A stretch of 43,023 nt of DNA from Chloroflexota bacterium (GCA_020161265.1 JAIUOC010000003.1:1-43023); one strand, 5' to 3'. Numbered from the stretch's first letter, positions 18,830 through 27,944 are shown. The notes: a model not told the origin generated them from the sequence alone. Made by a program: numbers and translations.

Positions 18830-19660
18830 TTACATCACTAAATTATCAATTAAACGGGTTTTGCCGATGCGCACTGCTAGCGATACCAACGCGCCCTGCT
18901 GATCGATCGTGGTTAGTTCTTGTAAACTGCGTGGATCGGCGATGCTAACATAATCGATTTGGGCTAGTGGCTCTTGGGCCAGCGTTTCCAACATCAATTG
19001 GCGAATAGCCTCAGCATCGGTTTGGCCTGCGACATAGGCGGTTTGAGCGGCTGTTAACGCTCGATATAGCACTGGAGCGGCTGCGCGTTGCTCAGCATTC
19101 AGGTAACTATTGCGGCTACTCATCGCCAAACCATCGGCCTCACGAATCGTCGGGGCGATGACTACTTCTACAGGCATGGCTAAATCGCGCACAAATTGGC
19201 GAATTACCACGGTTTGTTGGGCATCTTTTTGGCCAAAATAGGCTTTGGTTGGCTGAACGACATTAAATAGTTTGGTCACAACCGTGGCTACGCCGCGAAA
19301 ATGGCCTGGTCGGCGAGCACCCTCAAGCGGAGCTGTCACCCCTTCGACTTCAACATAACTGCTAAATCCCGCTGGATAAATTTCCTCAACGCTGGGCATC
19401 CAGACCAAATCACAACCAGCCGCTTCCAACAACGCGAGGTCGCGCGGCGTATCTCGTGGATAGCTGGCAAAATCTTCGTTGGGGCCAAACTGGGTGGGAT
19501 TGACAAAAATCGAGGCGATGGACACCCCGTTTTCGGCTTTGGCTTGTTGGACTAAGCTCAAATGCCCAGCATGTAAAAAGCCCATGGTTGGTACAAAACC
19601 AACCTCAGCCCACTGGCGACGCGCCGCCCGAACTTCTTCGATCGTTGTTACAACTTGCAT
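18830..19660 (-). CDS. panC: Pantoate--beta-alanine ligase
   Basis: TMGFLHAGHLSLV (HIGH-like), FGQKDAQQ and SSRNSYL motifs. ATG 19660 has GAGGAA 6 nt upstream. The track ORF is extended 12 codons at the 5' end. Confidence 0.9.
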   Translation of the reverse strand: MQVVTTIEEVRAARRQWAEVGFVPTMGFLHAGHLSLVQQAKAENGVSIASIFVNPTQFGPNEDFASYPRDTPRDLALLEAAGCDLVWMPSVEEIYPAGFSSYVEVEGVTAPLEGARRPGHFRGVATVVTKLFNVVQPTKAYFGQKDAQQTVVIRQFVRDLAMPVEVVIAPTIREADGLAMSSRNSYLNAEQRAAAPVLYRALTAAQTAYVAGQTDAEAIRQLMLETLAQEPLAQIDYVSIADPRSLQELTTIDQQGALVSLAVRIGKTRLIDNLVM

Positions 19661-19699
19661 GTTCAGTTCCTCATCCACAAAAACGCTTGCTAACAAATA

Positions 19700-20300
19700 T
19701 CTTAATTCAATCTAGCTGAAAGCGCCAAATTGCCGATTTTGTAACGGGAATTTTTAATTTATACCAAATTATGCCTAACATGTTGATGATATCAAATAGC
19801 TTTTTTTGATTGAAACTTACTGAATTGTCGCTATCGGTATGCTATAGATCTGGATATTTTATTAAAAAAATCTAAAAAATTAAGTTGCGTTAATTATTTA
19901 ACTATGTTAGCATCATGTATATATGAACAAATTTGCATGAATATAGAAGTATTCCAATGATTGTAATAAGTTTCTATTGATGCAATTTGTTAAAGCATGA
20001 ATTGATAAAAATGATTATTTCAAGCCTAGTCAGAATTTATTAAGCCTCATTCTTGGTTAAATTAACCTAAGCTTGACTCGAATTTTGATTGAATTAATCA
20101 TTCGATTGTCTAAATTTATTCATGCTGGTACTGACTTAGAAACGATGGATTGAACATTATTTCTAAGATTTAGTTCGATTTGTACTGAATAATTTATCTC
20201 GTCATTTCATTATTCCTGCTATTCAGTGCTCTCTTTTTTTAGGCATGATTTTTAATGATTGTTAAGAATTTGCCGATTAGTTTAATTGTTGTGCTGCGCC
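19700..20300. other. AT-rich (roughly 30 % GC by eye) non-coding island between divergent panC and the pectate lyase gene
   Basis: No ORF of 60 aa or more on either strand. Only 5-18-codon ATG...stop reading frames occur, and A/T tracts are abundant. The rest of the window is about 52 % GC. Confidence 0.6.
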
Positions 20301-20390
20301 ACAGCGTTGCAACGTGGTCGCTGGGGAATCGAAACATAGCTGGATGTGAGTTGTAATTGGGAGCGGTCTCAAAACCTGTCAAGCATTGTA

Positions 20391-20590
20391 GGGGTCAGGG
20401 GCTAGGATTCAGGGGTCAGTAAGTGTAGAACATAGGGATATGGCTATGGGCGCTAGGCGATCGGAATATGCTTTGAGTTTGCATAAGTTATCGATCCTGT
20501 GGACAAAAGCTTATAGTCAATTTTTCTTCGCGATCTTCGTGTGCTTCGTGGTTGCAATCATCCTGACCCCTGATCCCTGACGGCTGATCC
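20391..20590. repeat. About 200-bp imperfect palindromic repeat element immediately upstream of the pectate lyase gene
   Basis: Left arm ggggtcaggggctaggattcaggggtcag (20391-20419), then gaacatag, ggctatggg and cttcgcgatcttcgtgtgcttcgtgg modules. Right arm cctgacccctgatccctgacggctgatcc (20562-20590). Confidence 0.55.
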
Positions 20591-20610
20591 CTAAAATTAG
20601 GAGTTTACCA

Positions 20611-22047
20611 ATGAAATTATCAATTGCCCGACGTTGGGTTATTGCCACCGGCTTAGCCACCGCCTTGATTGGCGTAATCCAAAGCCCAATCACCAATGCC
20701 CAAAGTGGCCTAAGCTGCCAAGTTAATTATGCGGTTACCAATCAATGGGGTAGCGGTTTTCAAGCCGATGTGGTCGTGCGCAACACCGGAGCCAGCGTGA
20801 TCAATGGCTGGACAGTTGCTTGGAGTGCCGCCAGCGGCCAGCAAGTTGGCCAAATGTGGAATGCAACCTTTACCCAAAGTGGCAGCCAAGTCAGTGCTAA
20901 AAATGTTGATTGGAACGCGAGCATCGCCGCTGGTGGCAGCCAAAGTTTTGGCTTTACCGCTACCACGACTGGTAGCTTGGCCGTGCCCAGCGGCTTTACG
21001 GTTAATGGCGTAAGTTGTGGCGGCAGCATTAGCCCAACCGCCACCCGCACGCCAGCCGCGACTGCCACCCGCACGCCAGCCGCGACTGCCACCCGCACGC
21101 CAGCTGCAACTGCTACCCGTACTCCAATTGCCACGGCTACCGTCGTTCCAACCAATCCACCGGTCAGCAATGGCTTGATTGGCTGGGCCACGGTTGCTGG
21201 TTCGGGCTTGAGCACAACCACTGGTGGCGCTGGCGGCAGCACAGTTACCGCAGCCAACTTTACTGAATTACAAAACTACGCCAAATCATCATCACCCATG
21301 ATTATCAAGTTCTCAGGCACAATGCAAGGCACACTGACGGTTGCCTCGAACAAAACGATCCTCGGTAGTAACGGAGCCTTGATCCAAGGTAATGTCAAAA
21401 TCTCAGGCGCTCAAAATATTATTTTGCAAAATTTTGCAATCAACGGTAATAGCTGCTCAAGCTACGATAATTGCCGCGCTGGCAGCGATGCCTTGGGGAT
21501 TAGCAATTCGCACCATATTTGGGCCGACCACCTGACGATTACCAATGGCCAAGATGGCAACTTTGATATCAACAATGGCTCGGATTTCATCACGGTTTCG
21601 TGGAGCAAATTCGGCTATACCACCAACAAAGAGCATCGTTTCTCAAACTTGATTGGTAGCTCAGACGATGCAGCCTCGACCGATAGCGGTAAATTGAACG
21701 TGACCTTCCATCATAACTGGTGGTTTGGCGGGGCAATGCAGCGTATGCCACGCACGCGCTTCGGCAAAATTCACGTATTCAATAATTTGTACACCACCAC
21801 GGGCAACGATTATTGCGTTAGCTCAGGCTATCAATCCAAAGTGTTGCTCGAAAATAATGCCTTCATTGGGGTCAACACGCCGCACCGCTTGCACGATGGC
21901 GATCTCAAGGCTTTAGGCAACCTCTACCAAAACACCAGCGGCGACCAAATTAGCACTGGCGTTGCTTTCACTCCGCCCTACAGCTATAGCGCCGAAGCCG
22001 CTAGCTCGCTCAGCAGTTCAGTCCAGGCTGGCGCAGGGGCGAAGTAA
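20611..22047 (+). CDS. Secreted CBM2-linker-pectate lyase (PL1-like)
   Basis: Signal peptide; CBM2a (CQVNYAVTNQWGSGFQADVVVRNTG...VNGVSCGG); (TPAATATR)x4 linker; lyase motifs IWADH, NGQDGNFDI and QRMPRTRFG. AGGAG lies 8 nt upstream of ATG. Confidence 0.8.
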   Translation: MKLSIARRWVIATGLATALIGVIQSPITNAQSGLSCQVNYAVTNQWGSGFQADVVVRNTGASVINGWTVAWSAASGQQVGQMWNATFTQSGSQVSAKNVDWNASIAAGGSQSFGFTATTTGSLAVPSGFTVNGVSCGGSISPTATRTPAATATRTPAATATRTPAATATRTPIATATVVPTNPPVSNGLIGWATVAGSGLSTTTGGAGGSTVTAANFTELQNYAKSSSPMIIKFSGTMQGTLTVASNKTILGSNGALIQGNVKISGAQNIILQNFAINGNSCSSYDNCRAGSDALGISNSHHIWADHLTITNGQDGNFDINNGSDFITVSWSKFGYTTNKEHRFSNLIGSSDDAASTDSGKLNVTFHHNWWFGGAMQRMPRTRFGKIHVFNNLYTTTGNDYCVSSGYQSKVLLENNAFIGVNTPHRLHDGDLKALGNLYQNTSGDQISTGVAFTPPYSYSAEAASSLSSSVQAGAGAK

Positions 22048-22050
22048 TAC

Positions 22051-22232
22051 GAGGGGATCAGGGGCTAGGATTCAGGGATCAGGGGTTAGAACATAGAACA
22101 TAGAGCAGAGAACATAGCATTAGCCTTCATGTTCTTAGTGGTTTCAATCGTTCTAGCCCTAACACCTGATCCCTGAATCCTCAAGAGTAGTTTCAATTGA
22201 CCTGACCCCTAGCCCCTGATCCCTGACCCCTC
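22051..22232. repeat. Nested imperfect palindromic repeat element between the two lyase genes
   Basis: Outer arms 22053-22070 / 22201-22230, inner arms ggattcagggatcaggggttag (22067-22088) / ctaacacctgatccctgaatcc (22159-22180), and a central gaacatag x3. The left arm is 27/29 identical to 20391-20419. Confidence 0.6.
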
Positions 22233-22252
22233 AACAAAGGAGTACCCAAACC

Positions 22253-24574
22253 ATGAACTATCGCTGGCGAATATGCCTGCTATTAATTGCAATAATACTG
22301 AGTAGTTTGAGTTATACCAACGCCAATGCCCAAACTGGCCTCAGCTGCCAAGTGAATTATGCAATCACCAACCAATGGGGCGGCGGTTTTCAAGCCGATG
22401 TGGTGGTGCGCAACACCGGAACCAGCGTGATCAACGGCTGGACAGTTGCTTGGAGTGCCGCCAGCGGCCAGCAAATTGGCCAAATGTGGAATGCAACCTT
22501 TACTCAAAGTGGCACGCAAGTTAGTGCCAAAAATGTTGATTGGAATGCCAATATCGCCGCTGGTGGCAGCCAAAGCTTTGGCTTTACCGCTACCACGACT
22601 GGTAGTTTGGCCGTGCCCAGCAGTTTTACGGTCAATGGCGTAACTTGTGGCGGCAGCGTCAGTCCTACGGCAACCACTCCAGCGGCAACAGCCACCCGCA
22701 CGCCAACCAGTGTGCCAACCGCAACCCGTATTGCGACTAGCATACCAACCGCAATCAATGCGGCAACCAGTGTGCCGACGGCAACGCGCACACCAACCAG
22801 CGTGCCCACGGCCACCCCAAGCACAACCACAGGCCGCCAAATGGAAAAACTCAATCGCGGGATTATCAGCGTGCGCCAAGGCAGCAATAATTTTGTGAGC
22901 TGGCGGATGTTTGGCACTGATCCTAGCTCGATTGGCTTTAACGTCTATCGTGGTACCACCAAAATTAATTCTAGCCCAATTACCAATGCTACCAGCTATT
23001 TGGATAGCGGCGCGGCGGCCAATAGCGTTTACACCGTGCGACCTGTGATCGATGGGGTTGAACAAACTGCCTCAGAAAACTCGCTCAATTTCGCCAATGG
23101 CTATCTTGATGTGGCCTTGCAAATTCCGACTGGTGGCACAACCCCCGATGGTGTGGCCTACACCTACACCGCCAATGATGCCAGCGTCGGCGACCTCGAT
23201 GGCGATGGGCAATATGAAATTGTGCTGAAATGGGACCCAACCAATTCCAAAGATAATTCGCAATCTGGCTATACTGGCAATGTCTATCTTGATGGCTACA
23301 AATTGAACGGAACCCGTTTATGGCGGATTGATTTGGGCCGTAATATTCGGGCTGGAGCGCATTACACCCAATTTATGGTCTACGATTTGGATGGCGATGG
23401 GAAGGCCGAAGTTGCCGCCAAAACTGCCGATGGCACGCGTGATAATGCTGGCACCGTGATTGGCAACGCCAGCGCTGATTATCGCAACTCCAGCGGCTAC
23501 ATTCTTGCTGGCCCCGAATATTTGACCGTGTTCAATGGCCAAACTGGAGTGATTCGCTCGACCGTCAATTATGATCCTGCGCGGGGCACGGTTTCGTCGT
23601 GGGGCGATAGCTATGGCAACCGCGTTGATCGCTTTTTGGGTGGAATTGCCTACCTCGATGGTCAACGCCCGAGCCTGATTATGAGCCGCGGCTACTACAC
23701 CCGCAGCGTAATCGCCGCTTGGGATTTTCGCAATGGCAGCCTGACCAAGCGCTGGACGTTTGATAGCAATGTGGCGGGCAGCCAATATGCTGGGCAAGGC
23801 AACCATAGCCTTTCGATCGCCGATGTTGATCAAGATGGCAAAGATGAGATTATCTTTGGAGCCATGACGATTAATGATAATGGTCAGCCGCTGTGGAACA
23901 CCCGCAATGGTCACGGCGATGCCATGCACGTCGGCGATCTTGATCCAAGTCGGGCTGGCTTAGAAGTCTTCAAAGTCAGCGAAGATTCATCAAAGCCTAG
24001 TTCGTGGTTTGCTGATGCCCGCACAGGCCAAATTTTGTGGCAAACAGCGGCGGGCGGCGATAATGGGCGCGGCGTTTCGGGCGATATTTGGTCGGGCAGC
24101 CCAGGCGCTGAATCGTGGTCATCGATGGATAGCAATTTGCGTAGCGTTAGCGGGGCAACCCTTGGCCGCAAACCATCAGCCACCAACTTCTTGATTTGGT
24201 GGGATGGTGACCCAGTGCGCGAATTGCTCGATGCCACCCGCATCGACAAATATGGCACATCGGGCGATACACGCTTGTTGACTGGCAGTAACGTTAGCTC
24301 TAACAACAGCACCAAATCGACCCCAGCGCTCAGCGGCGATATTTTGGGCGATTGGCGCGAAGAGGTGATTTGGCGCACCAGCGATAACACCGCACTGCGG
24401 ATTTATTCGACTAGCACCAGTACCAACCGCCGCATCTTCACCTTGATGCACGATGCTCAATATCGGGTGGCAATTGCTTGGCAAAACACCGCCTACAATC
24501 AACCACCGCATCCCAGCTTTTTCTTGGGCGATGGCATGAGCAACCCACCGCAACCGAATATCTACTTACGCTAA
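22253..24574 (+). CDS. Secreted CBM2-linker-rhamnogalacturonan lyase-like (PL11/YesW-type beta-propeller)
   Basis: Signal peptide; a CBM2 about 90 % identical to the upstream gene's; Pro/Thr linker; repeated Ca-binding-loop-like DLDGDGQYE, DLDGDGKAEVAAKTADG and DVDQDGKDE motifs typical of PL11 propellers. Confidence 0.65.
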   Translation: MNYRWRICLLLIAIILSSLSYTNANAQTGLSCQVNYAITNQWGGGFQADVVVRNTGTSVINGWTVAWSAASGQQIGQMWNATFTQSGTQVSAKNVDWNANIAAGGSQSFGFTATTTGSLAVPSSFTVNGVTCGGSVSPTATTPAATATRTPTSVPTATRIATSIPTAINAATSVPTATRTPTSVPTATPSTTTGRQMEKLNRGIISVRQGSNNFVSWRMFGTDPSSIGFNVYRGTTKINSSPITNATSYLDSGAAANSVYTVRPVIDGVEQTASENSLNFANGYLDVALQIPTGGTTPDGVAYTYTANDASVGDLDGDGQYEIVLKWDPTNSKDNSQSGYTGNVYLDGYKLNGTRLWRIDLGRNIRAGAHYTQFMVYDLDGDGKAEVAAKTADGTRDNAGTVIGNASADYRNSSGYILAGPEYLTVFNGQTGVIRSTVNYDPARGTVSSWGDSYGNRVDRFLGGIAYLDGQRPSLIMSRGYYTRSVIAAWDFRNGSLTKRWTFDSNVAGSQYAGQGNHSLSIADVDQDGKDEIIFGAMTINDNGQPLWNTRNGHGDAMHVGDLDPSRAGLEVFKVSEDSSKPSSWFADARTGQILWQTAAGGDNGRGVSGDIWSGSPGAESWSSMDSNLRSVSGATLGRKPSATNFLIWWDGDPVRELLDATRIDKYGTSGDTRLLTGSNVSSNNSTKSTPALSGDILGDWREEVIWRTSDNTALRIYSTSTSTNRRIFTLMHDAQYRVAIAWQNTAYNQPPHPSFFLGDGMSNPPQPNIYLR

Positions 24575-24602
24575 ATTGATCTAGCCCAAATTTAAGTATC
24601 AA

Positions 24603-24629
24603 AGGCCGAGGAATTTCCTCGGCCTTTTT
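24603..24629 (+). terminator. Strong intrinsic terminator after the RG-lyase gene
   Basis: aggccgagga (24603-24612), loop att, tcctcggcct (24616-24625), then TTTTAT. Confidence 0.8.
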
Positions 24630-24634
24630 ATCAA

Positions 24635-24664
24635 CTTGACAGAGTTTATGCTTAACGGCACAAT
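24635..24664 (+). promoter_or_regulatory. Candidate sigma-70-type promoter for the GH3 gene (TTGACA-N18-CACAAT)
   Basis: ttgaca at 24635-24640 and cacaat at 24659-24664. This is sequence-motif only. Confidence 0.3.
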
Positions 24665-24685
24665 TGCAAGCGCTTACAGAATATC

Positions 24686-24711
24686 CGTTAACGATACCGG
24701 AAACGTTACCG
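24686..24711. promoter_or_regulatory. 26-bp dyad-symmetric candidate operator in the GH3 5' UTR
   Basis: CGTTAACGATACC|GGAAACGTTACCG matches its own reverse complement at 20/26 positions. It contains the perfect palindrome CGTTAACG. Confidence 0.3.
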
Positions 24712-24862
24712 AAAGTAAAAATCAGTAATTTCAACCAAATATTCCTAGCCCCAAATCCAAAAAACCGATCCTGCATGCGTGGCAACTGCCATTTCTGGGC
24801 TGTCGAATGGCAATTGCCGACTTGACTATGACAGTCATTCGGCTCAATGAGGACAAACGAAT

Positions 24863-27028
24863 ATGCAGTATGAGCAACAAATTGAAGCATTGTTGGCCCA
24901 AATGACTCTTGCCGAGAAGATTGGCCAAATGCGCCAGCTTCATGGCACTGGCGAACATCAGCAACAACTGGTGCGCGAAGGCAACTTGGGGTCGGTTTTG
25001 AATGTGATTGATGCTGATGCCCACGAAATTCAGCGCATTGCCGTTGAAGAATCACGCTTGGGCATTCCGCTGTTAATTGGCCGCGATGTGATCCACGGTT
25101 TTCGCACAATCTTCCCAATTCCACTTGGCCAGGCTGCTTCGTTTAATCCTCAGCTTGTGCGCGAAGCCGCGCGGATTGCCGCCCGCGAAGCCTCGGCCTC
25201 AGGGATCAACTGGACATTCGCCCCGATGATCGATATTTCACGCGACCCACGTTGGGGCCGCATCGCCGAAAGCTGTGGCGAAGATGCCTATCTTTCAAGT
25301 TTGATGGGTGTAGCGATGGTCGAGGGCTTTCAAGGCGACGATTTGACCGCCCCCGATGCGATTGCTGCTTGTGCCAAACATTATGTGGGCTATGGCGCAA
25401 GCGAAAATGGCCGCGATTACAACACTGCTTGGATTCCCGAAGTGCTCTTGCGTGATGTGTATTTAGCGCCATTCAAAGCTGCTGCCGATGCTGGGGTGGC
25501 CACCATGATGAGCGCCTTCCACGATTTAAATGGCGTGCCAACTTCGGGCAACGAATTTACGCTGCGCCAAATCTTAAAAGGCGAGTGGAACTACGATGGC
25601 ATGGTGGTCAGCGATTGGGCCTCGGTTGCCGAAATGATCGCCCATGGCTATGCCGCTGATTTGCGCGATGCGGCCTTGAAAGGCGTAACGGCTGGGGTCG
25701 ATATGGAAATGGCCAGCACCAGCTATGCCGAATATCTAGCTGAATTGATCGAAAGTGGCGCACTCAGCCTCGATTTAATTGATGATGCTGTGCGGCGGAT
25801 ATTGCGCATCAAGTTCCGTTTGGGCTTATTCAACCAACCCTATGCCAACGCAGCGGCAGCTGAATCGTTAGTTGCGCCTGATCATTTGGCCTTGGCTCGC
25901 CAAATTGCCAAAGAAAGTTGTGTGTTGTTGAGCAATCAGCAAACTTTGCCGCTCAACCGACAACAAACGCGGGTGGCAATTGTTGGGCCGCTCGCTAATC
26001 ATGCCGCCGATCAACTGGGCTGTTGGGTGTTCGATGGCAAGCCCGAAGATAGCCAAACCCCGTTGCAAGCGATTCGCGCATTGCTTGGCGCTGAGCAGGT
26101 GCAATTTGCCCAAGGTTTGCCCGAAGCCCGCAGCTTAGATCAAAGTTTGTTTGACGAGGCAGTCGCGGCGGCTCAATCTGCTGATGTAGTTATCGCCTTC
26201 CTCGGTGAAGATGCTGGCTTGAGTGGCGAAGCCCATAGCCGCGCCTTCATCGATTTACCTGGCGCACAACTGGCCTTGGTCGATGCCTTGGTGGCAACCG
26301 GCAAGCCAGTGGTTGCGGTCGTGATGGCTGGGCGCTCGTTGGTGTTGGGCGAATTGCAAGCTAAAGTGCAAGCAATTTTATATGCTTGGCATCCAGGTAC
26401 GATGGCTGGCCCTGCAATCGCCGATTTGCTGTTTGGCTTGGATAACCCTTCAGGCCGCTTGCCGATTAGCTTCCCGCGCACGGTTGGTCAAGTGCCAATC
26501 TACTACAGCCGCAAAAACACTGGCCGCCCGCCAAGCGAAGATGCCCCAAGCATTCCCACGGGTACGCCGCTTGATCCCAGTGGCTTTACCTCAAGCTATC
26601 TCGATGTTGATCATCGGCCCTTGTTTGCTTTTGGTTATGGCTTGAGCTACAGCACATTTAGCTATAGCAATTTAGGTTTATCGAGCCAAAAACTCACTAT
26701 CGGCGATACGCTCAGCATCACCGCCACAATTACCAACACAGGTAAGTATGCTGGCACAGAAGTTGTGCAATTGTATATTCGCGATTTGGTTGGCTGTATG
26801 ACTCGGCCAATCAAAGAACTCAAAGGCTTCCAACGGATTCATTTGGAGCCAGGCCAGAGCCAAACGGTAACATTTGAACTGAGCAGCGCTGACTTGAGTT
26901 TCCATAACAATGCCATGCAACGGATCGTCGAGCCAGGCGAATTTAATCTTTGGGTTGCGCCAAGCAGCCTTGGTGGTTTGCAGGCAAGCTTTGAATTAGT
27001 AGCCGAGAGCAAAGAACATAGAGCATAG
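24863..27028 (+). CDS. Glycoside hydrolase family 3 beta-glucosidase (BglX-like)
   Basis: GH3 N-terminal domain (GRDVIHGFRTIFPIPLG, KHYVGYGASENGRDYN), the SDW catalytic region, the C-terminal alpha/beta domain and an Fn3-like tail. 721 aa. Confidence 0.9.
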   Translation: MQYEQQIEALLAQMTLAEKIGQMRQLHGTGEHQQQLVREGNLGSVLNVIDADAHEIQRIAVEESRLGIPLLIGRDVIHGFRTIFPIPLGQAASFNPQLVREAARIAAREASASGINWTFAPMIDISRDPRWGRIAESCGEDAYLSSLMGVAMVEGFQGDDLTAPDAIAACAKHYVGYGASENGRDYNTAWIPEVLLRDVYLAPFKAAADAGVATMMSAFHDLNGVPTSGNEFTLRQILKGEWNYDGMVVSDWASVAEMIAHGYAADLRDAALKGVTAGVDMEMASTSYAEYLAELIESGALSLDLIDDAVRRILRIKFRLGLFNQPYANAAAAESLVAPDHLALARQIAKESCVLLSNQQTLPLNRQQTRVAIVGPLANHAADQLGCWVFDGKPEDSQTPLQAIRALLGAEQVQFAQGLPEARSLDQSLFDEAVAAAQSADVVIAFLGEDAGLSGEAHSRAFIDLPGAQLALVDALVATGKPVVAVVMAGRSLVLGELQAKVQAILYAWHPGTMAGPAIADLLFGLDNPSGRLPISFPRTVGQVPIYYSRKNTGRPPSEDAPSIPTGTPLDPSGFTSSYLDVDHRPLFAFGYGLSYSTFSYSNLGLSSQKLTIGDTLSITATITNTGKYAGTEVVQLYIRDLVGCMTRPIKELKGFQRIHLEPGQSQTVTFELSSADLSFHNNAMQRIVEPGEFNLWVAPSSLGGLQASFELVAESKEHRA

Positions 27029-27160
27029 AATATAAAACCAGTTCTGGTTCACGAAGAGAGAATAGGCTATAGGCTATAGGCTATAGGCTATTGGTTTTCA
27101 ACAAATGTTCCGCCAGCCAATAGCCTTCAGCCTCAAGCCATAATACCTCTGCGCTTCTGG
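27014..27160. repeat. Composite repeat element: GAACATAGAGCATAG, CACGAAGAGAGAATA, (GGCTATAG)x4, CCAATAGCC, ATAATACCTCTGCGCTTCT
   Basis: ttcacgaagagagaataggctataggctataggctataggctattgg (27049-27097) is nearly identical to 28640-28678, which has one fewer GGCTATNG unit. The GH3 stop codon lies inside the GAACATAG module. Confidence 0.6.
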
Positions 27161-27260
27161 ATCAAAACTTGATGATTGTCTTTGTAAGCTTTCTGTAAGA
27201 TTTGATACAAATAAATCTATCTATACTAGATGGGCAAGAATCGATCTTTTGGAGGATAGT

Positions 27261-27944
27261 ATGCGCCATCTACGTTGGGTCACGCTCTGTATGCTTGGTA
27301 TGATTTTGCTGTCGGCCTGTGGGAGTGCAGCCAATCCTACTACCCCATCATCACCTGTGGTTGCGGCTACTGCTACCACCGCCGCAATTGCGGCCACCAG
27401 TGTCACCGATTCAGGCAATGGCAACCAGTCACCAACGGTAATTCCAGCAACAGTTAATGACCCTGAACCAACGGTTGTACCAACAGTCGCGAATCTTGCA
27501 GCTTGGCAAAGATTGCCATTAATTAATGCGCGAACTGGTGAATCGTTTACCCTCGCAGATTTTTATGGCAAGACCATCTACGTTGAGCCAATGGCAACGT
27601 GGTGCAGCAATTGTCGTAAACAACTTACGATTGTGGCTGAAACTCAGGCCCAACTGACTAATCCCGATGTTGTATTTATTGGGCTAAGTGTTGAAACCGA
27701 TCTTGCGGCAAATGATCTTGCAGCCTATGCTGATGAAGCTGGGTTTGATTGGCTTTTTGCCGTGAGCACTCCCGAGCTGTTGCGCGAATTAACCGCAGTC
27801 TTTGGTCGAACCATCACCAATCCTCCAGCAACGCCACATTTTATTATTCGCCCTGATGGAACGACGACTGAACTCAGCACTGGAATCGAACCAAGCGATG
27901 TGTTACTCAGTGCGCTTCAAGCAGCAGGAGCAACCGCACCATGA
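27261..27944 (+). CDS. Lipoprotein thiol:disulfide oxidoreductase, TlpA/ResA (redoxin) family
   Basis: Lipobox LLSAC; thioredoxin-like WCSNCRKQ active site. GGAGG lies 5 nt upstream of ATG 27261. Confidence 0.75.
   Translation: MRHLRWVTLCMLGMILLSACGSAANPTTPSSPVVAATATTAAIAATSVTDSGNGNQSPTVIPATVNDPEPTVVPTVANLAAWQRLPLINARTGESFTLADFYGKTIYVEPMATWCSNCRKQLTIVAETQAQLTNPDVVFIGLSVETDLAANDLAAYADEAGFDWLFAVSTPELLRELTAVFGRTITNPPATPHFIIRPDGTTTELSTGIEPSDVLLSALQAAGATAP

Noticed and set aside
20291-20345. tRNA-like T-loop motif (GTTTCGATTCC on the minus strand)
   Set aside because: The flanking sequence cannot form a T-stem, acceptor stem or anticodon arm. I found no cloverleaf in any intergenic region.
22283-23065. 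260-aa minus-strand ORF antisense to the RG-lyase gene; similar long antisense ORFs at 20760..21257, 23318..23929, 23911..24390 and 38006..38740
   Set aside because: These are Arg/Gly/Ala/Trp-rich low-complexity translations of the opposite strand of GC-rich, Pro/Thr-codon-rich coding DNA. They have no RBS and lie inside well-supported genes.
24438-25124. 228-aa minus-strand ORF spanning the RG-lyase 3' end, the intergenic region and the GH3 5' end
   Set aside because: It runs straight through a strong intrinsic terminator hairpin and the promoter region, and it overlaps two confident plus-strand genes.
27201-27232. TTGATA ... TATACT promoter-like string upstream of tlpA
   Set aside because: The spacer is only about 14 nt, so it is not a convincing sigma-70 promoter and I did not list it as a feature.
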